Notes: generated from the sequence alone by a model not told the origin. DNA of 64,000 nt from an uncultured Candidatus Saccharibacteria bacterium (GCA_964362125.1 CAYICS010000001.1:18052-82051), one strand, 5' to 3'. Shown: positions 45,735-54,489, counted from the stretch's first letter. Numbers and translations: made by a program.

Positions 45735-46313
45735 GGTGATCTCTTTGGCGATGGTGCCGGGTCTTTCCTTTGGCACTCGGTCCAGCGCCGGGCGCTTGAT
45801 GCCATTGCGCCAGATGATGGGCGTGAATCGATCCAGGTATTGCGAGCCGGTGAGCAGGAGGTGTTGCTTAATTATCGTTTCCGGGTAATGGGTGACTACT
45901 GCAATACCCTCGTCAACAGTCAGGGGAAGCCGGCAGTTGCCAACCGACTCGAAGGTGACACCGAAAAGAAGATAGACAGTGGTTTTGGGTAATTGGATTT
46001 TCGGGCAGTTGCTGAGACTCTCGATGCTAATCATCATTTCTCCCCGTTCACCATCGAGTACCACCCGCCTCATCTTCTTCGGAATTGACATCAGCCGTTC
46101 AGTAACGACTATTAGCAGCGGAATAGAATTTTTTATTTCTATTCCCTCTGTTTTTCTCAGGTAGTCGTCTATTACTGATCGCAATGGCTCAATGAATTCT
46201 GTCAGGAATTGACTTTGACTGAAACCGGCGGCTCGATGGTAGTTGCGTTCAATCAATGTCTTAGTCTGACGTTCAAAGGCCGAAATAAGGCGCTCTCTGA
46301 TTTCCATCGCCAA
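45714..46313 (-). CDS. hypothetical protein (199 aa)
   Basis: ORF converging on the permease gene; no recognised motif. Confidence 0.35.
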   Translation of the reverse strand: MAMEIRERLISAFERQTKTLIERNYHRAAGFSQSQFLTEFIEPLRSVIDDYLRKTEGIEIKNSIPLLIVVTERLMSIPKKMRRVVLDGERGEMMISIESLSNCPKIQLPKTTVYLLFGVTFESVGNCRLPLTVDEGIAVVTHYPETIIKQHLLLTGSQYLDRFTPIIWRNGIKRPALDRVPKERPGTIAKEITAAARLA

Positions 46314-46422
46314 TCTCCTTGTTTTGTGAGACGTCTACTTGTTAAATTATAAAGATATTTTTTATAAAAGTCAAGTCTTTTGTTTTCTATGATAAAAATA
46401 TATATGCCGCTATAATAAAGGC

Positions 46423-47205
46423 ATGGGTCGCTTCATCCTGATAATTGTTTTGAGTCTGGTTTCTACTTTAGTTTTTACTTTCCGGGTGTTGGGGCAGGAA
46501 AGCGGCCCCAAGCGAACGCCGCCCCATCCAGATTATTTTTTTGAAAAGCTCGAGAAGATATTAGGTATCGCTTTCGAGAGGGGCCAAGTCTCCTACTTTT
46601 TTTATATCGATGATGAGGGCACAATTACCCATATTGAATATAATGATCTAGATTCGGAAATGAGATTTATAATGCCTTTGGAAACTTTTATAGAACGCCG
46701 CTTGTCAACTGAAGAAGATCGGGCAAGCTTCAGGCGGCTGCTTGGTCAATACCGGGACGCTGTTCGCTACCAGAATTTAGTTGAGGCTTATAATCAAGGG
46801 GGACAGCTGTTAAGGAATTTGCAAGGCAGATTAAAAAATATGAGGAAAATGATTATAAGAATTATCGGAATAGAAAATACAGAAAATCTTCAAGAATTAT
46901 TTGATTCGGCCAAGGTAGGTAATAAGGCTTTTGAGAAGTACTTGTCTAAACTGCTGAATCCTCGTACCGATGAGCCGTTGGCAGAGGAGGATAAACAGAG
47001 ACTGCGTGATTATTTTCGGATTTTAGAATTGGGAAATCAAATAGAGGCATCAAGACAGAAGCTCCTACCAAGAATTGACTGGTTAAGAGCAAGAATTCTG
47101 GGATTGCCGCCTCCGCCACCATCCAGAAATCAACCAGCTATTCCTCGACGTCGGCCGCCGAATCTGCCCGGTGGCGGTGGTGGTGGTATACCGAGATTAA
47201 GGTGA
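46423..47205 (+). CDS. hypothetical secreted coiled-coil protein with C-terminal PPNLPGGGGGGIPRLR tail
   Basis: Signal peptide; same unusual C-terminal motif as the 3294-3980 protein; its stop overlaps the start of the downstream Wzy_C-like gene. Confidence 0.4.
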   Translation: MGRFILIIVLSLVSTLVFTFRVLGQESGPKRTPPHPDYFFEKLEKILGIAFERGQVSYFFYIDDEGTITHIEYNDLDSEMRFIMPLETFIERRLSTEEDRASFRRLLGQYRDAVRYQNLVEAYNQGGQLLRNLQGRLKNMRKMIIRIIGIENTENLQELFDSAKVGNKAFEKYLSKLLNPRTDEPLAEEDKQRLRDYFRILELGNQIEASRQKLLPRIDWLRARILGLPPPPPSRNQPAIPRRRPPNLPGGGGGGIPRLR

Positions 47206-48299
47206 TTAAATTACTAGTCTGGATTGGCTTAGCAATTGTTATCGGATTATATATCAGGCCTAAGTGGATTTATGGTTTTTTGGCGATTGGGGGAGTGATT
47301 GAGGCGTTAATTGGTTTTGGCCAATTTCTTCAGCAGAAAAGTTTGGGCTTGCAATTTTTCGGCGAGCCGGTTTTAAGTCCGCTTAATCCAGATGTGGCGC
47401 GGATTTTTATTGACACCGGCGGCTGGCTTGCCAGCCGCGGCCTTGGCGAAGGCTGGGGGAGATTACTGCGCGCCTACGGCACCTTTCCTCACCCTAATAT
47501 CTTGGCGGCATTTCTTGTTCTCGCTATAATTTCTTTTAACTATCTATCTACTAAACTTATTCGACGATCGTCGAATAAGTTTAGTAGCGGTGGATTATTT
47601 TTTGGGACAGCAGGGATTTTTATTTTATGGCTTGGCCTGATTCTCACTTTTTCCCGCGCCGGCTGGCTGGCGGCTTTGATTATCACTTTGTTTTACCTGA
47701 TTGACCGCTGTCCGACAGTGGTCAGATGGCGGCTGGCTGCCATAGTTATTATCACAGTCATTGGTCTTGTTGTTATTTTCCATTGGGCTGTTTTGCCGCG
47801 GCTGGCTTTTACCGACAGTTTTGTTATTCAGGAAAGAATTAGTGATTACCAGCGCGCTTGGCAATTAATTAAAGAAAAGCCGTTCTTTGGTCATGGTTTG
47901 ACTTTGGCAATGGCAGAGAGGCCGATTCATAATTTGTATCTGACTATTGCTGTTGAAATTGGTCTTTTCGGTCTGGCGGTGTTTTTGGTTTTTGTGATTT
48001 TTACATTAATTGAAAATTGGAAATTGCCTGCCCGCCATCGGTCTGAGCCTCAGGCACTGGCAGGCGGGAAAATTGGAAATTCCCCAGCAGCAATAATGCT
48101 CGTGGCATTATTGCTGCTGGGTCTGTTTGATCATTTTCTCTGGACTTTGCGGCCGGGCTTGGCTATGCTGTGGTTGGTAATTGGATTGCTATGGCAGTCT
48201 GATCGCTCTCGTAGTTCAATGGATAGAATATCTCCCTCCGAAGGAGGTGATGCAGGTTCGATTCCTGCCGAGAGCACAAACAAAAATACGGATGTCTGA
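47202..48299 (+). CDS. O-antigen ligase/Wzy_C-family polytopic membrane protein; the 3' part of the ORF reads through two palindromic repeat elements and the tRNA-Arg gene
   Basis: Multiple TM helices; FSRAGWLAALIITLFYLI Wzy_C-type motif. The true stop is uncertain: the ORF covers 48205-48276, which folds as a canonical tRNA. Confidence 0.5.
   Translation: MIKLLVWIGLAIVIGLYIRPKWIYGFLAIGGVIEALIGFGQFLQQKSLGLQFFGEPVLSPLNPDVARIFIDTGGWLASRGLGEGWGRLLRAYGTFPHPNILAAFLVLAIISFNYLSTKLIRRSSNKFSSGGLFFGTAGIFILWLGLILTFSRAGWLAALIITLFYLIDRCPTVVRWRLAAIVIITVIGLVVIFHWAVLPRLAFTDSFVIQERISDYQRAWQLIKEKPFFGHGLTLAMAERPIHNLYLTIAVEIGLFGLAVFLVFVIFTLIENWKLPARHRSEPQALAGGKIGNSPAAIMLVALLLLGLFDHFLWTLRPGLAMLWLVIGLLWQSDRSRSSMDRISPSEGGDAGSIPAESTNKNTDV
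47552..47591. repeat. perfect 40-bp palindrome ctactaaacttattcgacgatcgtcgaataagtttagtag (CGATCG core), in frame inside the Wzy_C-like CDS
   Basis: Variant of the 63441-63478 palindrome with compensatory changes on both arms; encodes STKLIRRSSNKFSS. Confidence 0.8.
48027..48068. repeat. 42-nt GC-rich palindromic element, copy 2 (cctgcccgccatcggtctgagcctcaggcactggcaggcggg), in frame inside the CDS and flanked by a 13-bp direct repeat aaaattggaaatt
   Basis: Copy of 14694-14738; the flanking direct repeat resembles a target-site duplication. Confidence 0.7.
48205..48276 (+). tRNA. tRNA-Arg (anticodon CCG)
   Basis: Manual fold: acceptor gctctcg/cgagagc; D-arm gttc-aatggata-gaat; anticodon stem tctcc/ggagg with loop cTCCGaa; variable loop tgat; T-arm gcagg-TTCGATT-cctgc; discriminator A. 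No encoded CCA. Confidence 0.8.
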
Positions 48300-48318
48300 C
48301 ATCCGTATTTTTGTTTGT
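48277..48318 (+). terminator. perfect 21-bp hairpin (acaaacaaaaatacggatgtc tga catccgtatttttgtttgt) immediately after the tRNA
   Basis: Perfect inverted repeat with T-rich descending arm. Confidence 0.5.
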
Positions 48319-48475
48319 CTAGGAATCGAACGGAAAGGGGTCGGGAAACGGGAGTTTCCCGTGTCGGAAGGCAGCGACCCCGACCGCAGTCGGGGGAGTG
48401 CTGGGAAACCGAGGGTTTCCAGATGGTGAGATAGCGAAGCCCCGCAGGGCGGGGCGAGCGTCCTGCCGAGAGCGC
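48319..48475 (+). other. GC-rich multi-hairpin region ending in a degenerate copy of the tRNA-Arg 3' end (tcctgccgagagcgca); candidate ncRNA or integration-site remnant
   Basis: Stems gggaaa/tttccc, ctgggaaacc/ggtttccag, gccccgc/gcggggc. 14/17 match to the tRNA 3' end at 48456-48472. Confidence 0.25.
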
Positions 48476-48568
48476 ATAATATAAAAAAGCTTGACTTCTG
48501 GCTTAAATTATGCTATACTTATATATAGCAGTAGTTTTGACAGGAAACTCTTTTTGGAGGCTCTGAAG

Positions 48569-48901
48569 ATGAGAAACGTTTTGGCGGTGCTGTTGCTTTT
48601 GGCCGGCAGTGTCGAAGCCCAAGAACGGCGGTTCCGGGATTGGGTCTTGACCAGCGAGGCGCCCCAGCAATTCCGGGTGCGGCGTCCCCAGAGACCGCCG
48701 CGGCTGTTGGGGATTATTCCTCATCGGGCGGAAAAGGGCTGGGGCGGTCTGGGCTGGCATGGCAGCTGGCACAGCTACAACCCTTTCTGGGATACCCGCA
48801 AGTCCTTTGACGGCTACGATGGTCAAGGAGGAAAATGGCGGGAAGTGGTCGAATTCAAAAATGGTTTTCCCCGCCGCAACTTCAGGCGCGTTGCCCGGTA
48901 G
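48569..48901 (+). CDS. small secreted Arg/Gly/Trp-rich hypothetical protein
   Basis: RBS GGAGG, ATG 48569, signal peptide MRNVLAVLLLLAGSVEAQ, terminator right after the stop. The ORF-track minus-strand ORF 48503-48928 is the mirror frame. Confidence 0.45.
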   Translation: MRNVLAVLLLLAGSVEAQERRFRDWVLTSEAPQQFRVRRPQRPPRLLGIIPHRAEKGWGGLGWHGSWHSYNPFWDTRKSFDGYDGQGGKWREVVEFKNGFPRRNFRRVAR

Positions 48902-48907
48902 CAGGTG

Positions 48908-48958
48908 AGGCGTCCCCTCTCCAACCAAGGTCGGAGAAGGGAGCGCCTCTTTTTTTTC
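48908..48958 (+). terminator. rho-independent terminator (aggcgtcccctctcc ... ggagaagggagcgcct then T9)
   Basis: Imperfect 15-bp stem followed by TTTTTTTTT. Confidence 0.55.
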
Positions 48959-48988
48959 TCCGCCGATTCTTTTATATTAAAGCTCATC

Positions 48989-50110
48989 ATGCGTTATCTC
49001 CTAGGCCTGATTGTTTTAGCAGTAATTGCCGCTGGCGCTTACTATCTTTTAACTTTCTCCCCCGCTCTTGAAGCCCCTCCAGAAACTAAAGCGTCATCGC
49101 GTCTGGGCTTTGTCGGCCCGCTTAGCGGCGAGTCAATGCCTTTTGGTCTGCCAATAAAAAATGCTGTCTCTTTGGCAGTTAATGATTTAAAAACTCAAGG
49201 CCGGGACATTGAGGTTTTTTATGAAGATGGTCAGTGCTCTGGCGAAGCGGCTATCCAAGCCATCAATAAATTGATCTCTACTTATCAAGTTAATCTGGTA
49301 ATCGGCGGTGTCTGCAGTGGTGAGACAACCGCTATGGCGCCGCTGGCCGAACAAAACAGATTGATTCTATTTTCTCCTTCAGCTTCCAGCGCCAACATAT
49401 CCCATCTGGGTGATTTTGTTTTTCGCAATGTACCTTCGGATAGTCAGAGCGGCTTCACTATGGCCGAAATACTTGGCCCTCAATACAAAAAAGTCGCCGT
49501 CTTTTCCGATAACAGTGAAGAATCTTTAGTTTTTCGGGGTATTTTTAAAGATCGTTTTACGGAATTGGGCGGGGAGTTGACTATTGATAATGTAATTCCG
49601 CCAGACACTAAAGAAAAAGATTTAAAGAAGTCGATTAAGACCAAGTTCAAAGAAGCCACTACCACCGAAGCCATTATTATTAATCAACATACCGAGCGGC
49701 TGGCGGGATTTTTGGCAAAAGAGATTAGGGCGCAGAAAATTAAGTTGCCGATTTATGGTACACCTATTTTCGCCAGCCCCAAGTTTTTGGAGGCAGTCGG
49801 CAATGCCACCAGTTCCATCGCTTATCTGGCTCTGCCTGAATTAGACCAAGGCAACTTACGCGTTCAAGCTTTTCTTCAGGACTATCAGCGCTTCTACGGC
49901 CCGCCCTTTCAGGAATTTTATATGGCGGCTGCTTATGATGCAGTCAATCTCTTGGTTCAGGCAGTGGCCGTGGCAGGCAATGACAGTTTGAAAATCCGCG
50001 ATTATCTTTATAACCTAGCCCAATATGATGGTCTAATTGGTAAATACTCCTTTGATCTTAATGGCGATGTTGTCGGCATCAAGTTTGTTTTAAAAGAATT
50101 AGGGCAATGA
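48989..50110 (+). CDS. ABC transporter substrate-binding protein, LivJ/branched-chain amino-acid-binding (type 1 periplasmic binding fold) family
   Basis: Signal/TM N-terminus, then GFVGPLSGESMPFGLPIKNAVSLAVNDLKTQG...QVNLVIGGVCSGETTAM pattern of Leu/Ile/Val-binding proteins. No adjacent permease or ATPase genes. Confidence 0.6.
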   Translation: MRYLLGLIVLAVIAAGAYYLLTFSPALEAPPETKASSRLGFVGPLSGESMPFGLPIKNAVSLAVNDLKTQGRDIEVFYEDGQCSGEAAIQAINKLISTYQVNLVIGGVCSGETTAMAPLAEQNRLILFSPSASSANISHLGDFVFRNVPSDSQSGFTMAEILGPQYKKVAVFSDNSEESLVFRGIFKDRFTELGGELTIDNVIPPDTKEKDLKKSIKTKFKEATTTEAIIINQHTERLAGFLAKEIRAQKIKLPIYGTPIFASPKFLEAVGNATSSIAYLALPELDQGNLRVQAFLQDYQRFYGPPFQEFYMAAAYDAVNLLVQAVAVAGNDSLKIRDYLYNLAQYDGLIGKYSFDLNGDVVGIKFVLKELGQ

Positions 50111-50514
50111 CTTTTCGTTTTCTTATCTACCTTCTTATCGTGGCCTTCTTATTGAATTTTGCTTGGGAGTTTTTTCAGGCATCCTTGTTTAGCTTTGGTA
50201 CCCCTAAGAGTTTTTGGTGGTGCGCCCTGCGTGATGCCTTGATGGTGCTGGCGCTTTATTTGGCAGTGGCGGCGGTGGTGAAGAACTGGCGCTGGGGCCG
50301 CCGGTTGTCGCGGCCGCGGCTGATCTTGCTTTGGGTTTTAGGCGCGGTCTGGGCAATTGCTTTAGAGTATTTTTCTTTGGAGTCAGGCCGCTGGGCTTAC
50401 ACCAGCGCTATGCCGCTGATCCCGTTTTTGAAAGTGGGATTACTGCCAGTACTGCAGTTAATTATTTTGCCGATTGCGGCTATTTTATTAACCCGGAGAA
50501 ATTTAGTTGATTAA
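50107..50514 (+). CDS. hypothetical small membrane protein (4 TM)
   Basis: Hydrophobic ORF coupled to the SBP gene (ATGA overlap). Confidence 0.35.
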   Translation: MTFRFLIYLLIVAFLLNFAWEFFQASLFSFGTPKSFWWCALRDALMVLALYLAVAAVVKNWRWGRRLSRPRLILLWVLGAVWAIALEYFSLESGRWAYTSAMPLIPFLKVGLLPVLQLIILPIAAILLTRRNLVD

Positions 50515-50516
50515 CT

Positions 50517-51794
50517 ATGAAATTCATCGCTGACCTGCAAATTCACTCCAAATATTCTCGGGCAGTGTCGCCGGAGATGATTTTGGAAGAATTAGACCGC
50601 TGGGCTGATGATAAGGGGATTTTGGTGATGGGCACCGGTGATTTCACTCATCCTGCCTGGTTCACCGAGTTAAAAGAAAAACTGGAGCCGGCTGAACCCG
50701 GACTTTTTAAGTTAAAGCCGCAGTATAAACGCAAGACCATCAAAGGCACTTTAGCCGAGACTCGTTTTATGCTGACAGCCGAGACCTCTCATATTTATAA
50801 AAGAGGCGGTAAGACACGAAGGGTGCATCAACTGATTTTCGCGCCTGACATCAAAACCGCGGAAAAATTAAATACGCAACTGGGCTGGATTGGCAATCTT
50901 AAGTCAGATGGCCGGCCGATTCTGGGGATGGATTCCGAGGAGTTGGTGAAGGTGGCGGTTGGTATTAATCCGGACATTACTATTATCCCTGCCCATATTT
51001 GGACACCCTGGTTCAGTGTTTTTGGTTCTATGTCCGGCTTTGACACCTTGGAGGAATGTTTTGGTGATCACGCCAAATATATTTTTGCTATTGAAACTGG
51101 TCTCTCCAGCGACCCACCAATGAATTGGCGACTTTCCAAATTAGATAATATCTCCATTGTTTCAAATTCCGATTCCCATTCCCTCCAAAAAATCGGCCGC
51201 GAAGCCAATGTTTTTGATTGCGAGCTGTCATACAAAAACATCATCGATGCTATTAAGAATCGCGATCTTAAAAAATTTTTATACACCATTGAATTTTTTC
51301 CGGAAGAAGGCAAGTATCACTATGACGGTCACCGGCTTTGTGGTATTTGTTTTTCTCCGGAAGAGTCAAAGCAAAATAGCAACAACTGTCCTAAGTGCGG
51401 CCGGCCATTGACTATCGGGGTTTTAAATCGGGTGGAGCAGCTGGCCGATCGGCCTGAAGGTTATCGCGACCCCAACCGCGTCCCCCACAAAAGTCTAATT
51501 CCTCTCGATGAAGTGATTGCCGAAGCTTTGGCTGTTGGGGTTAATACTAAAAGCGTCGAGAAAGAATATGAGAACTTGATTAAAGCCTTCACTTCGGAGT
51601 TTAATACTTTATTAGAGGCGCCGGTTAGTCAGATCGCCGCTGTCTGTGGCCGGGCAGAAATTGCCGAAGCCATTGATCGCCTCCGCCAGGGGCGGGTTAA
51701 GATTAAACCGGGTTTTGATGGTGAGTTTGGTAAAATAAAGATCTTCGATGAATCAGAAAGAAGAGCTATTCAATCACATCAGAGGCTTTTTTAA
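50517..51794 (+). CDS. PHP-domain nuclease, endonuclease Q-like (TIGR00375 family) with C-terminal zinc ribbon
   Basis: N-terminus MKFIADLQIHSKYSRAVSP...GILVMGTGDFTHPAW matches the EndoQ/PHP N-terminus; CGIC...CPKCGRP zinc finger near the C-terminus. Confidence 0.5.
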   Translation: MKFIADLQIHSKYSRAVSPEMILEELDRWADDKGILVMGTGDFTHPAWFTELKEKLEPAEPGLFKLKPQYKRKTIKGTLAETRFMLTAETSHIYKRGGKTRRVHQLIFAPDIKTAEKLNTQLGWIGNLKSDGRPILGMDSEELVKVAVGINPDITIIPAHIWTPWFSVFGSMSGFDTLEECFGDHAKYIFAIETGLSSDPPMNWRLSKLDNISIVSNSDSHSLQKIGREANVFDCELSYKNIIDAIKNRDLKKFLYTIEFFPEEGKYHYDGHRLCGICFSPEESKQNSNNCPKCGRPLTIGVLNRVEQLADRPEGYRDPNRVPHKSLIPLDEVIAEALAVGVNTKSVEKEYENLIKAFTSEFNTLLEAPVSQIAAVCGRAEIAEAIDRLRQGRVKIKPGFDGEFGKIKIFDESERRAIQSHQRLF

Positions 51795-51936
51795 AGATCT
51801 GGCTACTTACGCCGGCTATGGTCTTTTAATTGCCTTGGTGGTGGTCTGGATTTTTTCCGAAACACCTTGGATGCGGATTTTAGCTATCGCCGTACTCTTA
51901 TTTTTATTAGTACAATTTGTTAAGATAAAGAAGTAA
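51748..51936 (+). CDS. hypothetical small membrane protein (62 aa)
   Basis: Two hydrophobic helices; low confidence. Confidence 0.2.
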   Translation: MNQKEELFNHIRGFFKDLATYAGYGLLIALVVVWIFSETPWMRILAIAVLLFLLVQFVKIKK

Positions 51937-52661
51937 TGCGCTTCTTTAATTTTTTCGACTTTCGTTTCCGTCAGATTAAAATCAACCAGATTATTCGGCA
52001 TTTTATTTGGGCGGATTTGGCTTTGCTGGCCGGCTGGGGTTTGATTGAGCCGGTGTTTGCCATTTTTATTTTAGAAAGGATTGCCGGAGCGACGGTGGTG
52101 ACTATTGGTATTGCCGCCGCCATCTACTGGCTCACCAAGTCTGTACTCCAAGTGCCGATTGCGGTGATGCTGGATAAAACTGATGGTGAGAAAGATGAAT
52201 ATTGGGTGTTAACTACTGGTCTTTTGTTGGCTGGCTTAACTGCCTTTAGTTTTGCGTTAATTGACCAGATTTGGCAATTGTATTTAGTGAAGGTGCTGCA
52301 TGCCGCCGCCTTTGCCCTTTATATTCCTTCTTGGTACAGCATCTTTTCCAATCACTTGGATAAAGGCCATCGCTCTCTGGAATTTTCTTTAGACAGTACT
52401 GCCATCGGCATTGCTGCCGGCATCACTGGTTTTTTCGGCAGTATCTTAGTAAAATACTTTGGTTTTGCCACAATTTTCATTATTGCCGGTGTAATGTGCC
52501 TTCTTTCTGCGAGCATCATTTTTTTTAGTCCGGAGATGATTTACCCAAACGCTCATACCAGAGGTAGGGGCAAGCCAGGCGGCAGACGCCGAGTCAGATT
52601 AGGCAGGCGTGGTAATAGCGCCATTCTCGGCGACCACACCCCGAAGAATATTAATAAATAA
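51936..52661 (+). CDS. MFS-like half-transporter/truncated membrane protein (6 TM) with Arg-rich tail
   Basis: Six TM helices with the spacing of an MFS half; possibly a truncated remnant. Confidence 0.3.
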   Translation: MRFFNFFDFRFRQIKINQIIRHFIWADLALLAGWGLIEPVFAIFILERIAGATVVTIGIAAAIYWLTKSVLQVPIAVMLDKTDGEKDEYWVLTTGLLLAGLTAFSFALIDQIWQLYLVKVLHAAAFALYIPSWYSIFSNHLDKGHRSLEFSLDSTAIGIAAGITGFFGSILVKYFGFATIFIIAGVMCLLSASIIFFSPEMIYPNAHTRGRGKPGGRRRVRLGRRGNSAILGDHTPKNINK

Positions 52662-52680
52662 TATAAATAGATTGTTAATA

Positions 52681-54432
52681 ATGGATAACAGCGAGATTGC
52701 TAAAATTTTGAGAGAGATTGCGGGATATCTGGAGATGCAGGAGGAGTTGGTGTTTAAGGTTAAGGCTTACGATAAAGCCGCCCAGACGATTGGTAGCTTG
52801 AAGGAACCGGTGGTCGATATTTACAGCCGGGGCGGCGTTAAAGCTCTGACAGAAATTCCGGGCGTGGGGCAGGGTATTGCCGAAAGAATTGAAGAACTGC
52901 TGAAAACCGGAAAATTAAAATACTACCAACAATTAAAAAAGAAAGCGCCAGTAGATTTATCAGAGCTGTTGGCAGTGGAGGGACTGGGGCCGAAGAATAT
53001 CAAAAAACTTTATCAAAAGCTGGGCATTACCAATCTTAGAGAGTTGGAGAGAAAAGCGCGCAAGGGCCGAATTCGCCAGCTTGAGGGTTTTGGTATAAAA
53101 AGCGAGCAGAAAATTTTGCGAGCTATTGAATTTTTAGAAAAATCCAGCGGCCGGTTTTTACTGGGCAGCATTATCTCGATTATCCGAGATATCGAGGCCA
53201 GGTTGAAGAAGCTGAGATTTGTAAAAAAAGTGGTGGTAGCCGGTTCTTTTCGACGGCGCAAGGAAACAATTGGTGATATTGATTGGTTGGTAACAGCCGC
53301 CTCGGAAAAAGATACTGAGAGGATCTCGGAGTTTTTTGTTAAACTGCCAGAGGTGAAAGCAGTGATAGCTCAAGGGCCTACCAAATCGATGGTGCGTCTA
53401 AAAAACGGTTTGGGTATGGATTTGCGGGTGGTGCCGGAAGAATCTTACGGCGCCGCTCTCAATTATTTTACTGGCTCCAAAGACCATAATGTGGCGATGA
53501 GGCAGATAGCCATTGAAAAAGGGATGAAACTCAACGAGTATGGTTTATTCAGGGGCAAACGCCGGGTAGCGGGAAAAACCGAGGCAGAAATTTATGAAAA
53601 ACTGGGCTTGCGCTATATCGAGCCGGAACTGCGGGAGATGACTGGGGAGATAGAAGCCGCTCGTGAAAATAAATTGCCTAATTTAATCGGATTTAAAGAT
53701 TTAAAAGGCGACCTGCAGGTGCAGACTAATTGGACTGACGGCGCCCATTCGATTGAGGCAATGGCTCAGGCGGCTGTGGCCGCCGGATTAGAGTATATTG
53801 CCATCACTGACCACACCAAGCGGCTGGCTATGACCGGCGGGCTAAATGAGAAACAAGTACTGAAGCAGGGAGAAGAAATAGATAGGATAAATTCCCGCCT
53901 TCGCCAAGGATTCGGCGGGCAAGCAAAATTCCGGATCCTGAAGGGCTCTGAATGCGACATTCTCAAAGACGGCTCAATGGATTTGGAGGATGAGGCGCTG
54001 GCCAAGTTGGATGTGGTGGGTGGCTCGATCCATTCTTATTTTAATTTACCTAAAGCCGAGCAGACCAAACGGCTTATCAGGGCAATGCGTAATCCGCATG
54101 TGGATATTATTTTTCACCCTAACGGCCGGATCATTAACCAGCGGCCGGCTTATGAATTGGATTGGGATGAGATTATTAAAGTGGCTAAAGAAACGGGGAC
54201 GGTGATAGAGATCAATGCCTATCCTGACCGCTTGGATATCTGGGACGAATTGATCCGCAAATGCGTTACAGCTGGCGTGAAAATGGCCATTGATTCTGAT
54301 GGTCACTCTCAGCATCACTTTTCTGTGTTAGAATACGGCATTGCGCAGGCCAGAAGGGGTTGGGCGAGTAAGAACGATATTATCAACGTCTGGCCCGTGG
54401 AAAAGATGCTAAAAATGCTGAAAAATCGGTGA
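52681..54432 (+). CDS. DNA polymerase X family protein with C-terminal PHP (3'-5' exonuclease) domain (PolX)
   Basis: HhH motifs (IPGVGQGIAERI, VEGLGPKNIKK); Pol beta-like nucleotidyltransferase GSFRRRKETIGDIDWLV; PHP motifs (HTKRL..., HPNGRI, DSDGHS). Contains an in-frame copy of the 17-mer atttaaagatttaaaag at 53693-53709. Confidence 0.8.
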   Translation: MDNSEIAKILREIAGYLEMQEELVFKVKAYDKAAQTIGSLKEPVVDIYSRGGVKALTEIPGVGQGIAERIEELLKTGKLKYYQQLKKKAPVDLSELLAVEGLGPKNIKKLYQKLGITNLRELERKARKGRIRQLEGFGIKSEQKILRAIEFLEKSSGRFLLGSIISIIRDIEARLKKLRFVKKVVVAGSFRRRKETIGDIDWLVTAASEKDTERISEFFVKLPEVKAVIAQGPTKSMVRLKNGLGMDLRVVPEESYGAALNYFTGSKDHNVAMRQIAIEKGMKLNEYGLFRGKRRVAGKTEAEIYEKLGLRYIEPELREMTGEIEAARENKLPNLIGFKDLKGDLQVQTNWTDGAHSIEAMAQAAVAAGLEYIAITDHTKRLAMTGGLNEKQVLKQGEEIDRINSRLRQGFGGQAKFRILKGSECDILKDGSMDLEDEALAKLDVVGGSIHSYFNLPKAEQTKRLIRAMRNPHVDIIFHPNGRIINQRPAYELDWDEIIKVAKETGTVIEINAYPDRLDIWDELIRKCVTAGVKMAIDSDGHSQHHFSVLEYGIAQARRGWASKNDIINVWPVEKMLKMLKNR

Positions 54433-54489
54433 AGTGATGGGGACGCCCGTTGCTTTTTGCGATGATCAGGAATAAAATCAAATAGATTA

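Noticed and set aside
48330-48400. GGAAGGCAGCG motif downstream of tRNA-Arg as the domain-IV motif of SRP (4.5S) RNA
   Set aside because: The match to the GGAA-tetraloop/AGCAGCC consensus is partial and the flanking helices do not reproduce the SRP helix-8 symmetric loop; the region is left as an unassigned structured region.
48503-48928. Minus-strand 141-aa ORF overlapping the small secreted gene
   Set aside because: The plus-strand frame has a GGAGG RBS, a canonical signal peptide and a terminator directly after its stop; the minus ORF has none of these.
48989-50110. The LivJ-like binding protein as part of a complete ABC importer operon
   Set aside because: No permease or ATPase genes flank it; the downstream ORF is a small 4-TM protein, so the importer call is limited to an orphan substrate-binding protein.
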